This document shows, one piece after another, positions 8,554 through 16,150 of a stretch of 37,208 bases of DNA (its first letter is position 1; each line of letters starts with the position of its first letter). The stretch is from Acidimicrobiales bacterium (GTDB taxonomy: Bacteria; Actinomycetota; Acidimicrobiia; Acidimicrobiales; VFJN01): positions 1 through 37,208 of the forward strand of contig JBKJSO010000084.1 in assembly GCA_046595835.1 (NCBI GenBank). The letters are read 5' to 3'. Both the position numbers and the translations under genes were made by a program. The notes beneath the pieces were generated by a model that saw only the letters and a list, made by a program, of their open reading frames with translations, was not told where the DNA came from and made no database searches.

Positions 8554-9737
8554 CGGCGGTGGCGGGCGGCCTGCCCGGCCAGCGTGCGCATGACGCCGAG
8601 GGCGGTCGTCTCCCAGGAGAGGGCGGCGGCGCGTGCGATGCCGCCGGCTGACAGTCGCTCACGGAGTGCTCCATCGGTGAGGACCAGCGCGAGCGCGGCG
8701 CCCAGCTCGTCGGCCGTCCCGGGAACGAGCAGCCCGCTCACCTCGTGGCGAACCGCATCGGTGTGGCCGGCGATGCGGGTGGCCACGGCCGGCGTGCCAC
8801 ACGCGGCCGCCTCGGTGAGCGAGAGCCCCCAACCCTCCCGGGCCGACGCCGATGACGCCACCCAGGCCCCTCGGTAGAGCCGCACGAGCCCGGGCTCGTC
8901 GACGCGACCCGTGAGGTGCACCCAGCTCTCCGCATCGAGGCGGCGGATGACGGCGTCGAGGCGCTCTCGCTCGTAGCCCTCGCCGACGATGGTCAGCGTG
9001 AGGCCCGGCACGGACGCGCGGGCGACGGCGGCCGCTTCGATGAGGAGGTCATGGCGCTTCACGGGCACGAGGCGGCCGACCGCGACGATGCTCGGGTGGG
9101 AGGTCTTGGTGCCCCCCGGCGTGAACGCCGTGCCGAGGCCGTTGTGCACCACGTCGATCTGGCGGGACGGGATGTGCAGCAGCGACACGATCTCGTCGCG
9201 GGCCGACTCGGACGGGGTGATGATCCGCGAGCGGCGATAGACGGTGGGTGCGATGCGCCGTTCGATCGTGTCGCCGATGCGGGCCAGTGTGGGGTTGTCG
9301 TCGCCGAGCACCATCTGCCACATCTCGGCGTGCACGTGGTGGAGCATCACGGCTCGAGGACCTCGGTACCAGAGCGGCGAGAAGAACGGCATCCCGTTCC
9401 AGATCTCGAGAAGCGCGTCGGAGGGGCCGTGGCGACCTGCGAGCTCGGCCAGGGCGGCCCGGGGGAACACGAGGTAGCGACCTGCTCTGCGGATCACCCG
9501 GTAGCCGTCGCGTGTCACCGTGTGGGGGTGCCCTGAGGCGAACGAGGAGCGCCAGGTGACCTCGATCCCGGCGGCTGCCCAGTGGCGAGCCAGCTCGGCT
9601 GCGTGCACCTCGGAGCCGCCCGCCTCCACATCCTCGAGGTCGCGCCAGGACAGCAGGTGCACCCTGTGGAGGCCGGCGGCGGCGGCGAGGTCCCCGATCT
9701 TCGCGAGCCCGTCGGAGCTCGGAGACGACGCAGGCAT
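8550..9737 (-). CDS. Glycosyltransferase family 4 (GT-B fold, Glycos_transf_1 type)
   Basis: C-terminal EGWGLSLTEAAACGTPAVATRIAGHTDAV (EX7E region). 395 aa. Confidence 0.9.
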   Translation of the reverse strand: MPASSPSSDGLAKIGDLAAAAGLHRVHLLSWRDLEDVEAGGSEVHAAELARHWAAAGIEVTWRSSFASGHPHTVTRDGYRVIRRAGRYLVFPRAALAELAGRHGPSDALLEIWNGMPFFSPLWYRGPRAVMLHHVHAEMWQMVLGDDNPTLARIGDTIERRIAPTVYRRSRIITPSESARDEIVSLLHIPSRQIDVVHNGLGTAFTPGGTKTSHPSIVAVGRLVPVKRHDLLIEAAAVARASVPGLTLTIVGEGYERERLDAVIRRLDAESWVHLTGRVDEPGLVRLYRGAWVASSASAREGWGLSLTEAAACGTPAVATRIAGHTDAVRHEVSGLLVPGTADELGAALALVLTDGALRERLSAGGIARAAALSWETTALGVMRTLAGQAARHRR

Positions 9738-9779
9738 CGGTTCGACGTTAGCCGAGCGGCCGCGCGGTCCCGGGGCGGC

Positions 9780-10520
9780 TCAGGCGGTGCGGCGGCCCCG
9801 GCCGACGAGCCGCTTCGCTCGGTCTCGCACGCCCCACCACGTGACGAGGCCGAGCTCCTCGACCATCACTGCCATCGACATCTTCGACGCGCCCCGCACG
9901 CGATCGGTGAAGATGATCGGCACCTCGGCGAGGGGTCGACCCGTACGTGAGATCCGATACGCCGTCTCGATCTGAAAGCCGTAGCCCTTGGCCCGAGTGC
10001 TGAAGACGTCGATCTCGGACAAGGTGGACGCGTCGTACGCACGAAAGCCTGCCGTGGCATCGTGCACGGACATGCCCAGCGCCGCGCAGGCGTAGCGGTT
10101 GCCCCACTTGGACAGGGCCCGGCGGTGCCAGGGCCAGTGGGGGATCGACCCTCCGGGCACGTAGCGCGAACCGATGACGGCCGCCGAGCCGGCATCGAGG
10201 GCCGCGAGCAGCGACGGCAGGGCGGCCGGGTCGTGCGACAGGTCGGCGTCCATCTGCACGAGGCGGTCATAGCCTCGGTCGAGTCCCACCCGGAACCCGT
10301 CTCGGTACGCGTTGCCCAGACCGTCCTTCTTCGGGCGCACCAGCACGTCGATCTGACCGAGGTCGGCGGCTGCTGCTCGGGCCAGTGCGGCGGTGCCGTC
10401 TGGGCTGCTGTCGTCGACGACCAGCACGTCGACGTCCGGGGCGGCCGCTCGCACGCGCGTGAGCACCTCGACGACGTTGGCGGCTTCCTCGTAGGTCGGC
10501 ATGACCACCAGCGTGCGCAC
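9780..10520 (-). CDS. ppm1: Polyprenol monophosphomannose synthase (Ppm1 catalytic-domain-like, DPM1-type GT2)
   Basis: PTYEEAANV, VVDDSSPDGT, QMDADLSHDP, GSRYVPGGSIPHWPW, GFRAY and KGYGFQIE follow the Ppm1/DPM1 pattern closely. It is a stand-alone 246-aa catalytic domain. Confidence 0.8.
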   Translation of the reverse strand: MRTLVVMPTYEEAANVVEVLTRVRAAAPDVDVLVVDDSSPDGTAALARAAAADLGQIDVLVRPKKDGLGNAYRDGFRVGLDRGYDRLVQMDADLSHDPAALPSLLAALDAGSAAVIGSRYVPGGSIPHWPWHRRALSKWGNRYACAALGMSVHDATAGFRAYDASTLSEIDVFSTRAKGYGFQIETAYRISRTGRPLAEVPIIFTDRVRGASKMSMAVMVEELGLVTWWGVRDRAKRLVGRGRRTA

Positions 10521-10572
10521 CTCGGCGACACTACTCAGGGGTCGGTACCGGCTCTGATCTCCGAGGCAGTGG

Positions 10573-12255
10573 TCAGCACCGCGTGTAGAGCTCGTACAAG
10601 CCGCGCTTCGGGTCGAAGCGGTCCACGCCGAACCGACGCACCAGGCAGAAGCTCCGCGCCAAGACCCGGTTGGGCTCGTCGGGTCCGAACAGCAACGAGT
10701 CGTTCGGCTCGTTCCAGTCGTCGCGGATCGTGGAGAGGATCACGACGTCGGCTCGGCGCAGCTCGTCGGCCAGCCCCGAGTCCGGGTCGTTGGCCACGCC
10801 GGGATCCATCTCGATGAAGCGGGTGCCGGGCACGAGGTGAGGGAGGAGGTAGTAGAGGAACGCCTCGCTGTAGGGGGTCTTGCGCAGATCGCCTGGCCCG
10901 ACGATCAAGCGGTCACCCGGGTGGGTGACCTGCTCGACCACCGGGAGCATCTCGTTGACAGCCGCCACCGCGTCGCTGCGCTTGTAGGGGAAGGTGCGCC
11001 CGTCGTGCTCGATGATGCCCTCGGTGCGACGATGCCCCAGCGACTGTGCGGTGGCCTCCGCATAGCTCCGGTAGGTGAAGAACGGCGCCACCACCAGGAG
11101 GAGAAGCGCCGGTAGGGCCACGACGGCCAGGCCCGCTCGCCAACCCGTCGGCCCAACTTCGGAGGGAGCGCGCCCCCGGGCGCGCCACAGCTCCACGACC
11201 GCGGCCGGGAGCACCGCGAAGGCCACGCAGCTCACCCATGCGAGGTGCGTGGAGTCGGGGCGCTGGACGGCCTGCGGGAACAGGCCGACTGCGAACGCGG
11301 CGATGGCGAGCAGGCGCCGCTCACCGGTGCGACGCCTTGCGATCACCCCGGCGATGATCAGCACCACGCCCACCACGAGCAGCGCGAAGAACCACAGCCA
11401 GAGCTGCCGCGGCCCGCTGGGCGCCGGCAAGGGCCACGGAGGCTGGTCGAGCGCGCCCGCGCCCTGGAGGAAGCCGTCGAAGTGCCCCGGGTGGGGAGGG
11501 ATGGGCAGCTGGCGCCCCCCGCGCAGGGCAAAGACGGGCTCGAGCACGAGACCGTTCAGTGACGCCCACGGTCCGGCCATGACCACCTGAACGAGGTAGG
11601 GGGAGCAGCCCACCGCGAACCCGAGTGCCAGTCGACGGCGAGCCGAGCGATCGAGGGCCAGCCACACCACGAGACCAGCCGCGCCGAGCGCGAGCACCAG
11701 GTCGAGTCGATAGAGGAGTGCGGCGCCGGCGAGGAGGCCAGCCAGCAGGGCCCGCCGCCCTCGACGGGACGAACCGCCCTCGGCCTCGACCGCCTCCGCG
11801 GCGCTGCACAGCGCCCACAGACCGAGGGCCACGCCGCCCACCCAGGCCATGGCGCTCAGTCCTGAGGGGGTGATCACCATCATGGCGCCGAGGCACGCGC
11901 CCCCGATGGCCACCCACGGTCCCCACGGCCGCAGCAGCCGGTACAGGCCGAAGGCGACGCCGACGTGCTGCAGGTAGCCGACGGCCCGCTCTGCGCCGAG
12001 GCTCACACCGAACACGGCGAACACACCGGCGAGCACCCAGAGGCTCCCGGGGCCGTAGAGGTGGAGGAAGTCGCGGTTGGGCACCTTTCCCGCGAGGACC
12101 ATCTCGGGGAAGGTGAGCATGAACCCCTCCTCCATCGGGGTTCCCTGCGTCAGCCAGAGGCCGCGAAGCGGCGGCAGGGTGGCGAGGAGCACGATGGACG
12201 GGCCCACCCAGGCGACGAGGCCGGTCGCGCGCGGAGGGGGCACCGGGCGCGTCAT
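10573..12255 (-). CDS. Polytopic membrane protein with C-terminal soluble domain; family not recognised; GT-C-like candidate
   Basis: Only the C-terminal part of the listed 888-aa ORF is credible, because the upstream part is antisense to the UbiA gene. Start is either ATG 12255 (MTRPVPPP) or ATG 12300 (MVATVARG). There are 10 or more hydrophobic segments, an acidic first-loop motif PMEEGFMLTFPE, and a soluble tail of about 140 aa. Confidence 0.6.
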   Translation of the reverse strand: MTRPVPPPRATGLVAWVGPSIVLLATLPPLRGLWLTQGTPMEEGFMLTFPEMVLAGKVPNRDFLHLYGPGSLWVLAGVFAVFGVSLGAERAVGYLQHVGVAFGLYRLLRPWGPWVAIGGACLGAMMVITPSGLSAMAWVGGVALGLWALCSAAEAVEAEGGSSRRGRRALLAGLLAGAALLYRLDLVLALGAAGLVVWLALDRSARRRLALGFAVGCSPYLVQVVMAGPWASLNGLVLEPVFALRGGRQLPIPPHPGHFDGFLQGAGALDQPPWPLPAPSGPRQLWLWFFALLVVGVVLIIAGVIARRRTGERRLLAIAAFAVGLFPQAVQRPDSTHLAWVSCVAFAVLPAAVVELWRARGRAPSEVGPTGWRAGLAVVALPALLLLVVAPFFTYRSYAEATAQSLGHRRTEGIIEHDGRTFPYKRSDAVAAVNEMLPVVEQVTHPGDRLIVGPGDLRKTPYSEAFLYYLLPHLVPGTRFIEMDPGVANDPDSGLADELRRADVVILSTIRDDWNEPNDSLLFGPDEPNRVLARSFCLVRRFGVDRFDPKRGLYELYTRC

Positions 12256-12294
12256 CGGCAGGAGGGTAGTCAAGGCGCCGCGCGCGACCGTGGC

Positions 12295-12300
12295 TACCAT
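12295..12300 (+). promoter_or_regulatory. -10-like hexamer TACCAT (TANNNT), exactly 6 nt upstream of the GTG of the UbiA gene; candidate leaderless promoter
   Basis: Sequence reads tggcTACCATcgcgccGTG and there is no Shine-Dalgarno. The hexamer also contains the alternative ATG (12300) of the divergent gene, so the call is ambiguous. Confidence 0.25.
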
Positions 12301-12306
12301 CGCGCC

Positions 12307-13260
12307 GTGACGGACGAGACCCGGGCCCCTGCTGTCGAGCGTCCGTCGCTCGGCAGCAGCGCTCCAGCCGGCGGGCTGCGTCCGCTGATCCGCCTCCTGC
12401 GCCCTCGCCAGTGGATCAAGAACGGGCTCGTGCTCGCGGCGCCGGCCGCGGCAGGCGTGCTCGACCAGGGTCACTACCTCGGTCGGGCCCTCATCGTGCT
12501 GGTGTCCTTCTGCCTCGCCGCCAGTGGCACCTACTGCCTGAACGACGCCGCGGATGTCGAGGCCGACCGCGCCCACCCCACCAAGCGGAACCGACCCGTG
12601 GCGGCCGGCGAGGTGAGCGTCGGCAGAGCCCGGGCCGTGGGCGGGGGGCTCCTCGTGCTCGGCGTCGGGCTCGGCATCGCGGTCGGGTCGTGGGAGGCCA
12701 GTGCCATCACCGCCGTCTACGTCGCCCTCACCACCGCCTACACGATCTGGCTCAAGCACGTGCCCGTGGTCGACATCGTCATGATCACGGCGTTCTTCGT
12801 CATCCGGGCCGTGGCGGGTGTGGTGGGCACCGACATCCCGCTGTCCGACTGGTACCTGATCGTGGCCTCGTTTGGCGCGCTGTTCATCGTGGCCGGCAAG
12901 CGAAGCATCGAGCTGCGCCTGGAGGATGCCGTGGGACACCGCGCCGCGCTGGCCGGGTACACGCCTGGCTTCCTGCTGTACGTCCGGTCGGTGGCCTCTG
13001 GCGTGGCGATGCTGGCCTACTGCCTGTGGGCATTCGAGAAGGCGCACCTCTCGGACAGCTCCGTGCCCTGGTTCCAGCTCTCGATCGTCCCGTTCGTCCT
13101 GATCATCCTGCGCTACGCGCTGGTCCTCGAGACCGAGGAGCGCCGAGGCCCCGAGGAGATCGTGCTCGAGGACCGCCAGCTGCAGGTGCTCGGGGTGCTG
13201 TGGGCGGCCGTGTTCGCCGCCGGTGTGTACCTCGGCCATGCCCCGCCGCTCGTCAGCTAG
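12307..13260 (+). CDS. UbiA-family decaprenyl-phosphate 5-phosphoribosyltransferase-like enzyme (Rv3806c type)
   Basis: I place the start at in-frame GTG 12307 (MTDETRAP...). RPRQWIKNGLVLAAP and NDAADVEADRAHPTKRNRPVAAG are the hallmark motifs of the Rv3806c subfamily. About 8 TM helices. Confidence 0.85.
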   Translation: MTDETRAPAVERPSLGSSAPAGGLRPLIRLLRPRQWIKNGLVLAAPAAAGVLDQGHYLGRALIVLVSFCLAASGTYCLNDAADVEADRAHPTKRNRPVAAGEVSVGRARAVGGGLLVLGVGLGIAVGSWEASAITAVYVALTTAYTIWLKHVPVVDIVMITAFFVIRAVAGVVGTDIPLSDWYLIVASFGALFIVAGKRSIELRLEDAVGHRAALAGYTPGFLLYVRSVASGVAMLAYCLWAFEKAHLSDSSVPWFQLSIVPFVLIILRYALVLETEERRGPEEIVLEDRQLQVLGVLWAAVFAAGVYLGHAPPLVS

Positions 13261-13298
13261 CAGTCCCCGCTTTGCTCAACATGCGGCTTCGGGCGTCG

Positions 13299-13335
13299 CT
13301 GCGCTCCTGCCTACGCCTGGGCGGCGGGAGCGCAG
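13299..13335 (+). repeat. Inverted repeat forming a 13-bp GC-rich stem (one G-U pair) with an 11-nt loop, in the UbiA-to-downstream-operon spacer
   Basis: ctgcgctcctgcc (13299-13311) pairs with ggcgggagcgcag (13323-13335). No U-tract follows. A TAGCAT -10-like hexamer sits at 13355-13360. Confidence 0.35.
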
Positions 13336-13369
13336 TCCCGCTAGCTCCCGCCGGTAGCATCGCTTCTTC

Positions 13370-13675
13370 ATGCTGATGTTCGAGCGCCGCGTCGTGGCAG
13401 AGCTGACCACCTCCGCCGATCCTCAGCTCCGGGGGCAGGTCGAGCAGTGGGTCGACGGCACGCTGCAGGAGATGTCCGACGTGCTCCGCCTCGGCGTCGT
13501 CCTGGAGTCGCTGCTGCTCACCGCCTGGGCGGGCGTGCGCCGACCACCCGATCTCCACGGGCTCCTCGGCTGGCTCGACCGCAGCCCGATCTCGCTGCTG
13601 CGCTCCTACCCCCGTCTCTTTCGGTCGCTGGTGCTGTTCGGCGAGCTCGAGCTGGCCGACGCGGACCGCCGATGA
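13370..13675 (+). CDS. Small hypothetical protein (101 aa) translationally coupled to the GMC oxidoreductase
   Basis: Very high GC3 across the ORF. Its stop overlaps the GMC start (ATGA at 13672-13675). One hydrophobic stretch (LRLGVVLESLLLTAWAGV). No motif recognised. Confidence 0.6.
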   Translation: MLMFERRVVAELTTSADPQLRGQVEQWVDGTLQEMSDVLRLGVVLESLLLTAWAGVRRPPDLHGLLGWLDRSPISLLRSYPRLFRSLVLFGELELADADRR

Positions 13676-15096
13676 CCTCCCTCCACACAGAGGTGCTCGT
13701 GATCGGATCGGGAGCCGGCGGGGCCACCACCGCGATGGTGCTCGCAGAGGCGGGCCGGAGCGTGCTCGTGGTGGAGGAGGGCCCCGAGATCGAGCCCGGG
13801 TCACTCACCCCGTTCAGCCTGCGGGAGATGGAGCAGGCCTATCGCCACCACGGTTCGTCGGCCGCCCTCGGCAGCCCGCCGATCGCCTACGCCGAAGGGC
13901 GCTGCGTAGGAGGCAGCACCGAGGTGAACAGCGGGCTCTGGCATCGCCTGCCGGGCGCCCTGGCCGAGGAGTGGCGGATCCGCTTCGGCCTCGACGACTT
14001 CACCCCGGAGGCGCTCGACCGCTACGCCGCCCGCATCGAGGCCCTGGTGCCCGTGCACCCCGTGCCCGGCGCGCCGCCCCGCTCGTCGGCCATCCTCGAG
14101 GAGGGAGCGACCAAGCTCGGCTGGCGGGCCGTCGAGTTCCCCCGCGCCTTCACCTACGACGTCAACGGTCGGGGCACGAAGCAGACGATGAGCCGCACGC
14201 TGCTGCCGCGCGCACGCGCTGCCGGCGCCACCGTGCTGGCCGACACGGCGGTGCGGAAGCTTCGCATCCAGGGCGACCGTGTCTTGGGAGCGACGTGCTC
14301 CCGGCGCCGAGCCGACGGAACGTCGGAGCAGATCCACATCCGGGCCGACCACGTGGTGGTGTGCGGGGGCGCCGTGCAGAGCCCCGCCCTCCTGCAGCGC
14401 AGCGGTGTGCGGCGGGGGATCGGCCACGGGCTCAAGATGCACCCCACGATCAAGATCGCGGCGCGCTTTCCGGGCCCGGTCGACCACGACGACGTGCCGA
14501 TGCACCGCATCACGGAGTTCTCGCCGCACCTCGCCATTGGCGGTTCGGCCAGCCGTCGTGGGCACGTGGCCCTCGCCTTGGCGGACAGCGGCGCTGACAT
14601 CGCCGACGCGCTCGCCGACTGGGAGCACGTGTTCGTGTACTACGCGGCGATCCGCAGTGACCTCGGCGGCCGCGTCCTCGCCGTGCCCGGGATGCGAGCC
14701 CCGCTCGTCACCTACCGCCTCACCGACTCCGATCTCAGCCGCCTGGCCCGGGGGCTGGTGCACCTGGGCGAAGCGCTGCTGGCGGCCGGAGCCACCGAGC
14801 TGTACCCGTCGATCGAAGGCGGCCAGGTCGTGCGCCGCCCCGAGGAGCTGGTGGGCTGGTGGGATGCTGTCGACCGCTCCCGCACCAACCTGATGACCGT
14901 GCACCTCACCTCGAGCATCCGCATGAGCAGCGATCGCTCCAAAGCGGGCACCGACGGCTTCGGGCGCGTGTGGGGCGTCCCCAACCTCCGGGTGAACGAC
15001 GCCTCGCTCCTTGCCGACGCGCCGGGCGTCAACCCGCAGGCCGCCATCATGACCATCGCCCTGCGCAACGCCGAGCACCTCCTCGCCACCACCTGA
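13672..15096 (+). CDS. GMC-family FAD-dependent oxidoreductase
   Basis: I place the start at ATG 13672 (MTSLHTEVLVIGSGAGGATTA). It has the GxGxxG FAD fold, EEG, CVGGSTEVNSG and VVVCGGAVQSPALLQRSG. The C-terminal catalytic region has LMTVHLTSS and NDASLLADAPGVNPQAAIMTIALRNAE. Confidence 0.9.
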   Translation: MTSLHTEVLVIGSGAGGATTAMVLAEAGRSVLVVEEGPEIEPGSLTPFSLREMEQAYRHHGSSAALGSPPIAYAEGRCVGGSTEVNSGLWHRLPGALAEEWRIRFGLDDFTPEALDRYAARIEALVPVHPVPGAPPRSSAILEEGATKLGWRAVEFPRAFTYDVNGRGTKQTMSRTLLPRARAAGATVLADTAVRKLRIQGDRVLGATCSRRRADGTSEQIHIRADHVVVCGGAVQSPALLQRSGVRRGIGHGLKMHPTIKIAARFPGPVDHDDVPMHRITEFSPHLAIGGSASRRGHVALALADSGADIADALADWEHVFVYYAAIRSDLGGRVLAVPGMRAPLVTYRLTDSDLSRLARGLVHLGEALLAAGATELYPSIEGGQVVRRPEELVGWWDAVDRSRTNLMTVHLTSSIRMSSDRSKAGTDGFGRVWGVPNLRVNDASLLADAPGVNPQAAIMTIALRNAEHLLATT

Positions 15097-15109
15097 GACC
15101 CGGAGCACG

Positions 15110-16150
15110 ATGACCGACCTGAACGACCAACCGCGCCCGCGCACCATCGTCATCACGGGCGCCGCAGGCTGGCTGGGCCAGAACCTCGTGCGCGAGGTGG
15201 CGCCCGAGCGCGACGCCGTGCGCTGCCTCGTGCAGAGCCACGAGGAGGCCACGCTGCTCGCCCTCATCTCCCCGGCCGTCCAGCCGGTGGTGGGCGACGT
15301 GCGCGACCCGACGGCCCTCGATGCGCTCTTCGAGGGAGCAACCGGCGCCACCGTCGTGCACGCGGCCGCGATCATCCACCCCCTGCGCCGCGTGCAGGAG
15401 CTCCACGACGTGAACGTGGGCGGCACCCAGCTGGTGCTCGATCGGGCCCGTCGGGCCGGCGCCGGCCGGGTGGTGCACATCTCGTCGAACTCTCCCTTCG
15501 GTGCCAACCCCACGCCGACGCACCGGTTCACGGAGGACTCGCCCCTCAACCCGTACCTCGGTTACGGGCGGTCCAAGGCCGACGCCGAAGGGCTCGTGGC
15601 CACGGCCCAGGAGCGGGGCGACCTGCAGACGGTGGTGCTGCGGCCACCGTGGTTCTACGGACCCTTCCAGCCGGCCCGGCAGACGCAGTGGTTTCGGGCC
15701 GTGCGCCGCGGCCGGTTCCCGCTGGTGGGCGACGGCACGAACCGCCGCTCCATGGTGTTCACGGGCAACCTGGTGCACGGCGTGCTCCGAGCCGAGGTGG
15801 CGGCCCAGGCGGTGGGCAACGCCTACTGGATCGCCGATGGCGACCCGCTCGACATGCGCTCGATCCTGATGACCGTGCGGGAGGCGCTCATCGCCGAGGG
15901 GCTCCCGGTCTCGGGCGGGCAACCGCGCATGCCGCGCCTGGCCGGCGTGGTCGCCGAGCACCTCGACACCGTCCTGCAGGGGCGGGGCCGCTACGTGCAG
16001 GCCCTGCACGTCCTCGGGGAGCTGAAGGACACGATCGCCTGCGACATCTCGCGGGCCCGCGCGGAGATCGGCTACGACCCGCCTACCGATCTGCTCGCCG
16101 GCATGCGGGCCAGCATCCGCTGGTGCCTCGAGCGGGGGCAGGACCTGTGA
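15110..16150 (+). CDS. Extended SDR, NAD-dependent epimerase/dehydratase family (copy 1)
   Basis: ITGAAGWLGQNLV Rossmann motif, HISSNS, and catalytic YGRSKADAE (YxxxK). 346 aa. Confidence 0.9.
   Translation: MTDLNDQPRPRTIVITGAAGWLGQNLVREVAPERDAVRCLVQSHEEATLLALISPAVQPVVGDVRDPTALDALFEGATGATVVHAAAIIHPLRRVQELHDVNVGGTQLVLDRARRAGAGRVVHISSNSPFGANPTPTHRFTEDSPLNPYLGYGRSKADAEGLVATAQERGDLQTVVLRPPWFYGPFQPARQTQWFRAVRRGRFPLVGDGTNRRSMVFTGNLVHGVLRAEVAAQAVGNAYWIADGDPLDMRSILMTVREALIAEGLPVSGGQPRMPRLAGVVAEHLDTVLQGRGRYVQALHVLGELKDTIACDISRARAEIGYDPPTDLLAGMRASIRWCLERGQDL

Noticed and set aside
12256-13239. N-terminal third of the listed 888-aa minus-strand ORF (10573-13239)
   Set aside because: This part is antisense to the UbiA gene, whose RPRQWIKN and NDxxDxxxD motifs are unambiguous. 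The translated segment is an H/D/E/R/G-rich low-complexity sequence. The credible membrane protein starts at 12255 or 12300.
13801-15549. 582-aa minus-strand ORF across the GMC and SDR genes (and similar shadows at 1012-2373, 15047-16009, 16072-17451, 19126-20712, 20520-22148)
   Set aside because: These are all antisense to genes with clear catalytic motifs. Their amino-acid composition is typical of GC-rich shadow frames (R, G, H, P, A), and they cross real gene boundaries.
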